The notes under the pieces are model-generated. The model did not search any database. It had not been told where the DNA came from and saw nothing but the letters and a program-made list of their open reading frames with translations. From contig NW_019028993.1 of assembly GCF_002105155.1 (NCBI RefSeq), positions 496,001-560,000 of the forward strand: a stretch of DNA of 64,000 bases. The letters are read 5' to 3'. The position numbers and the translations under genes are program-made. Shown piece by piece: positions 1-15,163 of this stretch. The stretch comes from Lobosporangium transversale (lineage: Eukaryota). Each line of letters opens with the position of its first letter. Within the stretch, counting starts at the first letter, position 1.

Positions 1-6
1 TTTTTT

Positions 7-39
<33 letters not shown>
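1..39. repeat. Poly(T) tract, representative of dozens of 15-40 nt poly(A)/poly(T) tracts in introns and intergenic DNA
   Basis: Directly visible; other examples at 5826-5855, 6102-6130, 15128-15159, 33058-33091 and 57455-57485. Confidence 0.95.
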
Positions 40-1409
40 CGGTCCTGGGGTATAATACGACTTGTATCTCTCACGAATTTTGAACTTGATAAAACCGAGA
101 TGGGGCTACCCAACAAGAACAAAGAAATATTAATTATTTATTATAAAATTTCATTGTCCCCATTTGGAAATGTTAAGAGCGGTGATTTGAAAGGAAGCTT
201 TGATATTACTTGCTGATTTGTTTAGCCTAAAAAAAAAAGGCAGTAAAAGATGTGCATGCGTTTAATTGTTTGGCTAAACTAGCATGCTTTCTATTGGGCC
301 ATTTAGTCTGGTACCAAGCGACGGGCACCGTTCACTGGCTCGATATTTTATCTCATTTTATCACTCCACCCATCACATCGCTCGTTTCGCCTCTTCTAGT
401 TGTTGACGACCACTATCACTCATTCTCTGGTACTCGTTGCCTCTTTGGCTACCTAATGCATTATACCCTCGCCCCCATACACATCGCATGTCCCCTCCAC
501 ATTTCTGTTGCAGCAAATCTGAGTAGGGGTATTGGATCAAAACGAAGCATAAACCCAAACATAAACATCGGCCATGCTCTGTGCACGCAACAAAAAGCAA
601 AGAAAAAAAAAAAAAAAAGTGCTCACAAACGAACAAAGCCATCAGTCAACACGCATTAACCAATCTCTCATTTCCGGTGCCGCATATTTGTGTTTCATGT
701 TCAATTCGTATATTTTAGCAGCAGCAGGAAAAAAAGCCTGGACACACTCTTAGTGCAAACGAAATATAGGATACCAGAAACCCCAACGGCCCACCCACAC
801 GACCAAAAGACCAATTTACGATAAATATAGATCCCAGGCAGAGCTTCTTTGGGGACCATCATTCGTTTTGTGCCCACAGACACATTTAACAGCATCTCTT
901 TTTTTAACATTGACGCGCATATTATCTTAACCTGCGTTGTTAGGCGTGCATATTCTTCCTTGCTTCCTTTTCACTTGCATCTTCCTCCCCTCCTCTCCCC
1001 TTCTTCCTTCCTTCTCTACATTTTTTCTCTCCGTCCTTCCCCCACTTCCATCCTCTCTTTGTTCCCTCTGTTTTACTCTCTTTAATATACGCTCCCTCAT
1101 CATTCCCTTGCATCCCAACATAACTGTCACTTCTTTCTAGCAGAGCATTATTCTGTTTTTATATTTCTCAACTTTATTTATTCTTTCTTAAACAGCCATG
1201 GCTGAAAGCATAGGTAATTAGTGATGTTATAAAATCTTAAACAAATGCAGTGTGCGCTGTACACTCAAGCGTTGGTTAATTGGTCGAATCTTTTCAGTAC
1301 TTCTATCCTTTGTCATCTTTATTACACATTCTCCCCTCTCCTTTTTCAGTCTCCACGCCCCTCTAATGCTCTGTTGTTTATACTCATTGACATAGAGGGC
1401 TCCACAACT

Positions 1410-4400
1410 ATGACCATTGCCCCTGGATTCCCTTCAAGCATAAACAGAGCTGCGGACCACTCCATGGATGAGCCTAGTTCTGTAGGTCAACCAAACTCGC
1501 CTATGGAGGGAGTGATTTCAGCCAACAACGAAGCAGCAGCTTCCGCCGCCATAGCCACTCATATTTCGTCACTCATACCTCACAAGGGTACCAAGAACAA
1601 TATTATGCTGGGGGCAACTTCTATCTCACATACGCTTCCCATGGTGACTGGAAATAACTCTTTAAATCACTTCCAGTCAGATACCACTTCCCTTTACACT
1701 CATATCAACCCTGTTTTTAACCACACTACTTCAGGACTTTTACCGACCTCTGATACCACCAACTTTTCGATCTCCACTATCCCCAGCTCTACCAAAGCAG
1801 CATTTATGGCCATGCATGGCCACAATACCAGCCTTTATGAACCTCCCCGGCGGAACTCGGTCCCTACTCTTAGCACTGGTCAAGTAGAGCACAAGCATAA
1901 GAGTTCCTCGGAAGAAAAGACTTTACAACGCCAAGCATCCTGGTCAAGTTCCTCCTCGTCCTCCATATCCATAAGTGGGTTTCTTAGTGAGCCTCTTTCA
2001 AATTTTTACCAGATGGATCCCAATCACATCAATCCTGCAATAATGCATTACTATCGTGCTCAATTTCCACAACAAACTGTATTGCAGAGCCATAGCCTAA
2101 ATCAAGCTATGCCCTCGCCCAAGCCGTCATCCGCTTGCCCATCTCCCATGCCGGAGGGCTTCATGGCTGGGACCGCCACGAACAGTATGAATCCTACTTC
2201 CATCGAAGATTTATTGCCGGATAACACCAATAATAGTAATAGTAACGAGGCTAGTGGCTTCAGCAGTGGGATCAAGGTCAAACGCAATAACTCTGTATGT
2301 TCGACAACAAGTATGTCCTCGACAGGAAGTACTTCCAATAACAAACACCCCTGCAAGTTTCCTACATGTGGATGGAGCTTCAAACGATATGAACATCTCA
2401 AGAGACACATGCTTGTTCATTCCAAGGAGAGGTCCTTTGTCTGCGATTTCGTTGGTTGTAACAAGTCCTTTAGCCGTTCCGATAACTTTTCAGCTCACCT
2501 TCGAACACATTCCAAGAAAAGCTCTAGTGAACACCGTCAGCACAGTAGTAATTCAGCTGGTGATTGCGACGATACCGATATCAAACATGAAATACTTGAT
2601 TTCGATATTGAGTCTACTTTAAGTCCCCGGGATCAGCAGAATGGTGAGTCAGGGTTCATGAGTCAAGAGCCATCTGAGTCTGGTCGAGACAGATCTCGGT
2701 CTCAATCACCTGATGATACACCATTAGCGACTGATGTGATTTTAAAAGGAGAAGATTCGGCGCTTGGTATGATGGACCATTCTAGCTATCCGCTTGGAAG
2801 CAATTCATTGTATGGGATGGACCCATTGGACACTATAAACAGTATGGTCCCTAGATTTGATACTATACGCCTAGATTTCAAATCGGTCACACCCGATGAT
2901 ACCCACGAACAGAGTTATGGTGATACACAAGCACTATTAACGACGAGAGACTCTAACGGAGAGTCGGCCCATCCATCGCCAATGCCTCAATTTGAACAAT
3001 TCGCGTTCCCATCCTCCATCTCTACGCATTTTATGCCAATGTTGCATGGAACATATCCAACGCTTGGTCACACAGGCTTACACCAACATCAGCAAACCCC
3101 TCAACCACTGCAACATACAACCATACATGATGGTAACTCCACTGGTTCTTTTACGTCTTTGCCTTCAGGACCATCGACTCCATCATCTCTCCACCACTCT
3201 GGATTCCAATTTACAAACGCTGTCCATGGCCTAGCGCCTGAACTCCATTACACCCCAGCAGTATCGCCCTTGAACGAGGATGGGCCATTGCAACCTCTTC
3301 ATCCACATGTACAGCCAGATACTTTCCACACACAGACTCACCTTGATTTTTTTGATGCCAAGGTGACCGCGCCTCAAGTACTGCATAGCTTTCCATCACT
3401 CCATCCACACCATGCTGCATCAACTACTTCTTTCTCATCCTCACCAATCAATGCAGCTGTTGGGTCTACAGCATTACCACCTCATCCTCTATTGTCCACT
3501 GTCACGGCTTTTCCCGCATCTAGGTTGAACGAGGCCATGTACTCTTCAGTTGTCACATCATCCACCGTTCCATCTTCGACGCCTTCGATTACCGCTTCTA
3601 CACCAACTGTATCAACTACAGCGGCGTCAGCGGCAACCACTTCTATGACTAGGCCGTCTTCGAGTCTCTCAGTTTCACGAGGCAAAAAGCAAAAAGGGCT
3701 GTGCATGAAGAGAAGTTTCTCTCTGAATAATATTAACAAATTCTACAGCAGTAGCAATAGTAACGTCGCCAGTAATACCAACAATATAACTAATAGCAGT
3801 AAGGCATTCAACCCTATGAACCCCTCTCAGCTTTCTATGGATGCCTGTTCTCCTGATTATCAGTTTCATCATCATGATGATACTGACCTTTTAGGTTATC
3901 AGCGGTGCTTAGATCCACGCTTGTTGAAGCCCTTCTCAACTACTGTTCCAGACCATACCACGGCTGGTGGTTTATCACATTCATCATCCTCGCCTGCCCT
4001 TTTCGTTGGCACTACAGGAGCGACTGCTAGCAGTAAGAGTACCACAAGTGGCAAAGGAACCAATTTGAGGAAGCAGCAGCAGAATCAGACTCAGCAGACA
4101 GACAACAAAAGCAGCAGCGCGACAGATGAGGCTCAGGTCGATGCGTCCTCAATTCAGTACTACCCGAGTAGCATTTTACTTTCGCCTCAGTTCTCATACC
4201 TAGCGACGCTGCGTGGTGCTTCGCCCTCGCGCTCTTCATCGCCGGTTACAAAAACGCTACAACAGCAATCACAACAGCTTTCTTCGTCTGCTGCATCGCC
4301 TATGATGACTACAAAGACCGCAGCTTCGGACACTGCTACGACCAGCGGAAAGGGGGTGTCCCCATCATCATCTACCTCAGATTTAGGACTAGTGACACCG

Positions 4401-5218
4401 ATGTTGGCATCTCAGCATCATCCGTTGCCGACCATGATGACAGCCATGATGGCAACATCCATACCATCTACCAGTCTTGATTACTCAGAGGCATCATCGT
4501 CCCCATACCTATCATCACCTTCGTCATTCTCATCATCACGGTATCTGGACACTCATTGTACGATGACTCCTTCTTCTTCATCTCTTTCATTGTCATCATT
4601 GCCTTCGGCTTCGTCCCTCTCATCGTCTTCATCCTTCGTAGATGTGGCTTCTATTACGGCTCATTCTGATAAAGCCAACATGACTAGTATCGTTAATGGT
4701 ACTACGGATCCCACCACTACAAAAACTCAGCCTACTGGCACTACAACAACTGCCAGTGCAGCAGCAGCAACGACAACGACAACAACAGCAACAACAGCGA
4801 CTAATGGAGCAAGCGTTAGTGGTAGTAAGCATGGAGGTTCTGGTAAACACCACACATGCTCTGTGATTGGATGTTCCAAGCGATTCAAGAGACTAGAGCA
4901 TTTAAAGCGGCATATTAAAACTCACACCTTGGAGAGACCCTTTAACTGTCCATTTGCTACCTGCACGAAGCGGTTCTCACGTTCTGATAATCTTGGTAAG
5001 CAATTTGAAGCAATTTGTAAACAAACAAGATAATAATGACTTTTGCAGGATTTTGTGATATCAATCTTAAATTTTATTTTTTTTTCCTCTTTCTCTTTCT
5101 CTATCACATAGCGCAACACGTCAAGACGCATCAGCGACAAATCAACAAGCTACAGATGAAGCATCGGAACCAAGTGCAGGCAACTCAAGTGCAAGCGCAT
5201 ACACACATACACACATAG
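1410..5218 (+). CDS. C2H2 zinc-finger transcription factor with two separated finger pairs (paralog A), ~1230 aa; exons 1410-4995, 5112-5218
   Basis: Internal pair [50 protein letters not shown] and C-terminal pair [43 protein letters not shown]. The intron GTAAGC(4996)..ATAG(5111) completes the last finger (AQHVKTH). Start placed at 1410 because the ORF-track ATG at 1245 lies in a probable 5'UTR intron (GTAATT 1214..TTTTTCAG 1349). Confidence 0.9.
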
Positions 5219-5823
5219 GTCTAACAACAAACCACAAACCATGGTTTAATTTTTACGTTAACTCTTGGCTGAAGATGAAGAGCCTTGGCGATTTTTTTTT
5301 CTACCCCCTCTCTGTTTGATTTTTCTTTCATTGATTGATTGTACATTATATTCATTATATTTACTTGTTTTCTTTCGTTTAACTATCATCGTTGTGATTA
5401 TTATTATTTATGAATATGTCTTTTTGTATTGTTCTTTTACAAAAAAAAAAAAAATGTTTTTTTTTGAGTTGTACGCCTATGATCAATATATTGGCACCCC
5501 AGGCAGACGCCTTTATAGAAGCTTGATATTAAAATAAAAGAGACCATTACACATATTAATAGATGTTTGAGAAGCATGAAGACTAAAAAAAAAAAAAAAA
5601 AAAAAAAAGATAAGGCTTTTGTTTGTTGCTTCGAATACAAGAAACGCCATCTTTCACCTCTCTATAATGATAACTGATAATGCGTTGTAAGAAAGGCGAA
5701 GGAGGGCGAGGGGGGGGGGGACAGATATATTAAATGTATGGTTGTGTACAGAAAGCTTGCCGTAGTGAAATTGAAAAGGAAAGAGAAAGGAATGTGCATG
5801 GCGATACACATAAAATTAGGTCG

Positions 5824-5858
<35 letters not shown>

Positions 5859-6099
5859 TGCAGCTGCACAGTTCAAGTACATTCCCGAACAATCCTCCGT
5901 TCTTCTGCAAAAACGCCAAGTTGATCTGGGTGCCACGTTGTAAAAAGAAAAATAAAATAAAATAAAGCTTCGCCACTATGAAAATGATGTATATATAACG
6001 ATTCATAAAACTGTGACTATTACGCCTCTGTCCTTTTAACCATGATCTTTGTGCCTGATCTCATAACAGAAAAAAGGTTTAACTGCGGTAGATCAAGGG

Positions 6100-6132
<33 letters not shown>

Positions 6133-6606
6133 AATCGTTCCTTTTCATACTGTGACATGTCACCGCCCCTTTTTACCGTTCCGTTTTTATGGGTACGTAA
6201 AATAGTTTAACTCTCTTCGCCACTTTGCTCTCTGTCCTACCCATGGTCTGTTTCTGTATCTGTGTCTGTGTGTAAGTGTATGGGAAGAAAAAAATCGAGA
6301 AAAAAAAATGTGGGCGAATTGTCGTTCTGCAAGTGCCTTTTACAAATAAATAAATAATAAATAACATTGTTACATCGCCAGCCAAGCCTGCCGCAATTGA
6401 GTTTCGTTTGATGCGCCACTGTCAAAATTCTTCAACAAAAAAAAAGTATAAAAGCATGGTGCTTCTTTCTCTTTTTCACTTTCTTTTTTCTTATTCTTTG
6501 TCACACCACCAAAGTCAAAGAACCTTTTTTTTTATTTTATTTTATTTTATTTTATTTTTTTTTAAAGCAACAAGATCTTCATTCCTCCTTTATTTTTTTT
6601 GAAACA

Positions 6607-7101
6607 ATGTCAAGCTCAATCAATCAACATGAGGAGGGTCATGGCATTGATCGCCATGATCATCTCTTGCTGGATCACTCCCTTTCTGCAGAGGATCTGG
6701 CCCTGAGATTGGAGCAACTTCAATTGGAGCTAGAACAGGAACGGGCAAAATCGAGCCGTGGCCGTGGCAGCCGTCGTGAGCAGCCCTCTTCCTCTGTCTC
6801 ACATCCTCAGCAGCAACGTCCGCATCGTCTTTTTGGAGTCCCCATTGAGATTGATGCGGATCTTCATAAGCGTGCACAAGTGACCCTGAATGAGATCTTG
6901 GAACGGCTGGAGCGTCAAAAGATGGAATCTGATCCCTTTGCTTACAACAACAACAACATCATCCCTGGCATTGAGGACAATGGCTTTGGTCGTGTTCGAC
7001 ACACACATAAACTCAACCCAAAACTTCTGGAAAGACGTGATCTGAGTCATGCACAAACCCTAAGGCAGAGCCATGGAAATGCCAATCTACGGCATAGTTG
7101 A
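6607..7101 (+). CDS. Hypothetical 164-aa protein with a short coiled coil
   Basis: Intronless ORF with coding-like composition between AT-rich flanks, ATG in ACAATGT context, heptad-like LALRLEQLQLELEQER. No family recognised. Confidence 0.65.
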   Translation: MSSSINQHEEGHGIDRHDHLLLDHSLSAEDLALRLEQLQLELEQERAKSSRGRGSRREQPSSSVSHPQQQRPHRLFGVPIEIDADLHKRAQVTLNEILERLERQKMESDPFAYNNNNIIPGIEDNGFGRVRHTHKLNPKLLERRDLSHAQTLRQSHGNANLRHS

Positions 7102-7877
7102 CACGAGGCAGTGGATTGAATAATTCCGTATAAAGAAAAACAAAAAAAAAATCAAGAAAACATCAGCATATTCGCAAAAAAAAAGTGATGTTACTCGTCC
7201 TACCTACAAGGCCCACAAGCTCAAGTAAAACCTCCCGTACAGGGGCGATACTCCATCCCACAAGGCGGAGAAAAAAAAAAAGAGAGAGCTATAAAACACT
7301 CAATTTCGCCCACAGGACACTTGAGCAACCATCTATCACTGCGCCGCTCAGTAACTACCGCGCAAAGCTAAACGGAAATAGAAGAAACTTATTTAAATAG
7401 ATTTTATTCTTTTTTTCTTTTCAGATCATCCAATCCTTCTTTCATTCAGCCCTTGACCTGCAGCCTTCAGTTTCTAGTCTCCAGCCACCGAGCAGCTCCG
7501 AGGAGATGAAATAGTTGCAGTCTTCTCCTAATTTTTTTATTTATTTAATTTTTGTTTTTTTAATCACCTTGAAACAATAAAAAGAAAAAGCATTGCTCAA
7601 GTTTACAAGTTTTAGAGTTTCTGGCACAACAGAAACTATGTTTATTGATGGACTATTGACAGGGATGAAGGAAGAATAGGAACGGGAGACTGTTGTAGCA
7701 ATTGAGGACATTTTTTTGTTAGAGATTATACAATTACAGAGGGTTAAAAAAGGGGAGGTTTGAACAAAGAAGATATGAATGGAAGAGCAATTAAAGATTA
7801 TAATAATAATAAAAAAAAATACAAATGCGAGATTGGTTATTTTAAAAATAAAATAAAATAAAAATAAATGGTTCATG

Positions 7878-10800
7878 TTAAACGTTGATGCCATGCGTTT
7901 GCGAATGAGGTGAGAGAGAGGGACGCTGGGATAGAGACGATGCATGGTCACTACTGCTAGTCTCGACAACGTCCTCATTATCCCATGAGGTTGTCTTCCT
8001 AGTGGTCCCAGACCCTGAGTCAGCACCATTTGCCGATACTGATGCTGAGCATAGGACCGTCGGAGATATTGGTCCCGTCGCGACAGGAAGACTGAGGGCC
8101 GCTCCAAGACCGCCTTCCTGAAGCCGAGTAATAGTGTCTCGGGAGAATCTACGAATATTGTCCATGGACAACTTATCGCCCAAGGGAGAGCGGAGATGGC
8201 GGTTGCTGCGACTGCTACCTTTACGTTCGAGGGAACCAGTGATATGACCATTATTATAATGGTCGTATGATTTGGGACGTAACAAGCTGGGGTGTTTACT
8301 TTTTATATCCACATGGGTATCATGCTCGACAGTCTCGGGATCTGCGTGGGGATGTTTTGTTTGATCTTCACTATCATCTGATCCAGCGTCGAGAGTCGAT
8401 GCTTTAGAATGACTTTGGTATTCATTAGAGAGCTGTGCCTTTGTATGGGACTCTGTTAATGTCAAGTCATTATTATTGGCAGTCCTAGGAAAGTTATCGC
8501 CGTTGATTACATTATGAAATTTCTTCTCCAATCCCGAGGCAGGGACGCTAGGATCACGATCATGGTTTTCGTTTGTGGAGTTGCGGTTTGGTCGAAACAG
8601 ACTACTTCCCGTGAGAAGCGCTGGTAAAGGAGGGCGTGGATGTTTAGATCCACTTGTAGTAGTGGAGTTTATAGTAGTGGAAGATGACCTAAGAGCTGGC
8701 ATTGTAGAGCTAGGACGATATGGCCATTTCATCATACTAGAGATATTGAAAATATCCAGCTCATCTTTACGTCCTTCCATAGTCAATCTTCGGGATATCT
8801 TTCGAGCTGCCTCAGCAGCTTCTTCGTCTTCATCTCTGTCGGGTGTATATCCTGCAGCAAATATAAGGACAGGTGTATGTGCATGCTGGGTAGGTTTCGT
8901 GGGTGAGCTAGACATAGGTGAGCTCTCCAAAGGGGGTAATGTTGGGATGGACAATGACTTGGGTACCGTATTATCCGCTTTACCAGCACCAACTGTTGAT
9001 GAATCTATATCTTTCTGAGTCGAGGTGGAAGCCATCGAGAGAGCCTTCATTTTCGGGCTGGCTTCTGCTGCGGTCGTTCCAAGAGTTGAATTCGTCCCAA
9101 TATAGGTTTCTCCTTCAATAAACAACTTGAACTGATCTCCATCTTCCCGATCATATGAAGCATATGGAGAATAAGTTCCTAAGCTGCGTCTTTCCCCATG
9201 GTCAGAATGGTGATCGAAAGGATAGCCACTACCTCGACGTGAAGTAAACGAGGTCGGGTAACTGACAAGCATAGGAGGTCTTCGTGGCCGCGGGTCACTG
9301 GTGATACCTTCCTCGATTATCGTGCTTGGATTATTATCGCGAGCGGGTCTGCCACATTTACTTTCGAAGTACTTGATAAGGAACGGTGGCGGTGGCAGTG
9401 AGAAGATTGGACAAGGTGTCAAGCGGATACATAGATCTAAAGCCTGTGCGTGTTGAGTAAAAACATCTGCACCCTGCGTCATGTAGAAAATGAGCATGAT
9501 AGTATAAGCCTAATTACTCAAGTAAGCACAAAAGTAAAAGCACCATCGAAACAGGATATCGGCGTTAGTTGAATTGCTCACAAAATAACGACACCGCGTC
9601 AAAAAAAAAAAAAAAAAAAAAAAAAAGAGTAAACGACGGGGGAGGAGATAGAATAGGATGAAAAGTTGGGAGGTATAATATATTGGTTAGTTTTCTAAGA
9701 TGTCGCACCGAGCTTGGATTGGGTGAAGAACTTTTCTCACCACACAGTTTACAGGGTTGAGGCGCTGTGTAACACCGTGCATGCCGCGCATGCCGTGGTG
9801 TCTCAAGGGGTAAAGGAAGGAAGAGAAGCCGTGGGAGAGAAATAGAGACAGAATGTGGCCCAATCATGTTTCAAATAAAACAGAGATTGCGTTCGGAATC
9901 ATGATATGAGGCAAGTGTATTCTTTTTGGAATGCATGAATGAAGACGATCGTAAATAGCCTACAGAGTTAATGCGTCACTCGCACCGAGCTGTGAGGACA
10001 CAGCATAAGGGAGGAGCCGAATAGGAGAAAGGAAAAAAAAAAAAGTGGGCTCCCCGTGATCATATTGGGTTGTATTATTATGGCTCATCTTCTATTATCT
10101 TGCCTTGTATGCCCCCAAGTGAAAGGAAAAATAGATCCAATTCATGCATCCAAGGCGAACTGTATGCTGACAATGATGTAACATCAGGGCTGAAGTGAAA
10201 GTGATCCCAGTATTGTCCCACACCATTTAACAGTAAATAATAAATAAATTTGAGCCTACCAAGAATGTGGCACCCAGGGAGGCCAAGTACCATGTCCCGA
10301 CAGCTAGAGTGTTACTATCTGCAATGTTGGCATTAGCAACACTATTGCTATTGTGGTGTCGAACCAATGGCACCTAAAGAATAAAAAAAAAGTCAAAAAG
10401 AAATCCATATAAGCATTAGAGCAATTCTACTCTAGTCAGGTGCAGGCGCAAACTGACGGCGAACATTGCAATAGAGGAGGAAGTTGTCAGGAATACATTT
10501 GCGCCCACTTTATTCTCCCCGCCAAAAAACAAATACCCAACGTTTTCGCCTCCTATTTTGACTCTTGATAACATGGATATACTGCAGCATGAATTTGAAA
10601 AAAAAAAAAAAAAAAAAAAAAAAGGATTGATGTTCGATACACGCACAAAAGTGAGAGTGACAAAGCGGCGGAGAGACAAAGCGGCCTTAAAAAATAAGGG
10701 CAGGTCTCTGGACAGTCAAATCCAAATGCTGTTTTTTTTGTCAATTACACAATTGCACAACGAATGCATAAACAAACACACAGAAACACCTCAACGCATA

Positions 10801-11538
10801 ACAACAATGTAATATAAACATATAAGCACAGGCAAGATAAGCACGCCCACACATCCATGCCCATAATCCCTCATTCACATTTTTGTGGACTGAAAAATAA
10901 AAAAGATGAAATAGCACAAGCTAAAATGTATTCGTTCCTGTATCTGAGTGTCTGTGTGTCTGCATCTGTGTGTCTGCAGGAGTCCTGAGCCAACGGAGAA
11001 ATGCATGTATATTGATTGACAGATAGCACAAAGAGATTAAGTGAAAGATGGACACACTTACGAAAAGATATGCAACGGTGACTACACAGGCAAGGACTTT
11101 AATCACCTGTCGGACCCAGTAGATCCAGAGCATGGGCGTCGTAAGTGCATGTAGATCCCAGACCCCATAGCAATAGTAGATGAGCTCAGCAGCGGCAACG
11201 AGATCATAAATGATGATAGAGCCCAAGGCAGTGCGCCAGATCAATTTCTGGTGCCTGGTCAGAGGATAAAATGCATATCCAAGTTGAATGATAGTCGATA
11301 AGACCCATGTCAATGCCACACATTCGACTACAAGTTGATAAACCCAGAAAGCTTGAATGGATACACTGCCCGCGATATAGACAACTGACATGGCAGCGAT
11401 TGTTAGACCCATGACAGCCATCACTGCTGAAGCGAGTCGCAAGGGGGTCTGCGACCGATGGAATTGAACGCATGAAAGAATAGCGATTATGGAGACGTAA
11501 ACGGAGGATAAGATAGCGCTCAGCATGTGTTTAAGCAT
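7878..11538 (-). CDS. 7-TM GPCR-like membrane protein with long S/T-rich cytoplasmic tail (paralog A), ~740 aa; exons 11538-11062, 10373-10260, 9509-7878
   Basis: ORFs 10921-11538 and 7878-9497 join in phase 0 through a 114-nt exon absent from the ORF track (VPLVRHHNSNSVANANIADSNTLAVGTWYLASLGATFL), with donors GTAAGT/GTAGGC and TAG acceptors. About seven hydrophobic segments; clear similarity to the gene at 16771. Confidence 0.8.
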
Positions 11539-12776
11539 AATTGAGCTGAAAGAATGGGAGAAGAGACAAACAGATTGACAAGTTGACAGGTTGACAAATT
11601 TCAGCGATAATGGGAGAGAGAAAGCGCGCCCTCAGAGACGCGTTCCTGAAAGTCGGTCAATGGTGATGGAATAAATAAATGAAAATGGATGAATGTGAAT
11701 GAATCAAGAGGAATGGAGTGCGTAAAGAAGAAAAGTATGAGGATGGAATAAAGGAATAGACAATGAACAAACAAACAAACAAATGACAAAAGAATAAAGA
11801 TCGTGAGAGTAAAAACGGAGAAAGAGAAGAGAGGAGAAGAGAGAGAAGAGAAAAGACAATGATGTGCACTCTGCATGTGTATGTGTTTTTTCTTTCTCAG
11901 GAAGAGGAGGGAGATTGAGCCTAATGTTAATAAATGGCTGAATGCCTGTTGGTTTGTTTAGTTGAGTATTTTAGTCGTTTGGTTTTGTTAATTGTTAACC
12001 AGGGAAAAGAAGCAAACGATAATAAGGAAAAGAATGATGGAGGCTTGATGTCGATGTCAAATAGAATGAAGAATCAAATCAAGATGGAGAATGAGAAGAG
12101 TAACAAAGTGATCTGTAATCCAGAGGACTCTGTTTTAGTTCTGTACAGTTCGGGTAGACTCTTACTCTGTCTTGAACTATAAAAAAGGACGCATGCTCAA
12201 ATTTATACTTTCAATGCGAGACAAAACAGATAATCATGTAATGCATGCAATGCATCAATATATCTACCTGATAAATTTTGCTTGTTAACGGTTCAACATT
12301 GAGATGACAAGCCCTTGAAAGATCGGTCTAGGTCAAGGAAGGCAAGGATCATTTTCATTTGTCTTGTCTTCTCTCGAGGCTGTTTGCATTAAGAAAAAAG
12401 AGACATATTGGGTTTACATGCACATGGAAATATAAGTGCATGTAAAACAGATTGATAAATATATATATAATACATTTCTATATTATATATTTTATTACAC
12501 ATGTATCATCCAGGGCTCCGCTATTTATTCTGTGTGCCATTTCGGAGACTGAGGTTACATTTTTTACAGGGGCAAAGTATATATTTATACAGGCGTGGGG
12601 AAGTTCAATTTATTGATCTAACATGGTCTAACAACATGTCACATGTGGGAAAAACGTCTCCGTGGGACATCAACTCCAAAAGCAACAAAGTCAACCGTCC
12701 TCATTTCCAAATTCATTTGCCTCGCTCCATTCATTTCCCTTCTCTCTTATTTTTATATACTGACTCATTCTTCACC

Positions 12777-14453
<1,677 letters not shown>

Positions 14454-14933
14454 GAACAAAAACTCCGAATGTGGGGCGGAAATTGAGGCGGACGAAAATA
14501 ATATATATAAATGAAAAGAATTAGGGATATTCAAGGAGGAAAGAATATGAAAGAGTAACAAGAAAAAGTGCTTTTTTTTTTTTCTTCTTTTATCCACAAC
14601 GCTATTTAGTCTTATCATTGAAGTATTATTAATTATCCTTAGAATATTGATAAAAGCTTCATGAGTGTCATGCATACATTCGTCGCTCTATACACCCTTC
14701 GCAGATCGAAGCCAACCAGATAACAATCTGCTCATGATCTATATCAGATGGTCGCACGATCAAAGTGTGGTGCTGCAAGTTTTAATGCAGAATTTTCAAA
14801 GAGAGCTAAATATGGTTGGGCTCAGGCCGACCTACACTTATCTGATACATCGTTATCGGCAAAGCTTCCTCTTTTGATGTTGCTGCTGGTGCTGTTGCTG
14901 TTGCACTGTTGTTGTTATTGAGACTGACGTTGG

Positions 14934-14976
14934 TGTTGATGTTGATGTTGATGTTGATGTTGATGTTGATGCTGAT
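14934..14976. repeat. (GTTGAT)n microsatellite
   Basis: Six exact tandem GTTGAT units plus a variant, intergenic. Confidence 0.9.
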
Positions 14977-15127
14977 ATAATGTTAATGTTTATGCTGGGA
15001 CAGATTTATGTATTAAACATGATGTGCGCTACACGTGTGTAGTAAATGTACATCAAAGCAAAAATAAGCCTTGGGAACCTGTTTATGGAAAAGAATTTTA
15101 TTCACTGATAGTGTTGATGGTGTAACG

Positions 15128-15163
<36 letters not shown>

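Noticed and set aside
252..1140. Short ORFs rich in poly-Lys or poly-Phe, here and throughout the intergenic DNA
   Set aside because: They arise from poly(A)/poly(T) and CT-rich tracts that lack stop codons, and show no protein-like motifs.
1245..1409. N-terminal extension of the 1262-aa ORF
   Set aside because: It reads through a probable 5'UTR intron (donor 1214, pyrimidine tract and acceptor 1349); ATG 1410 fits better.
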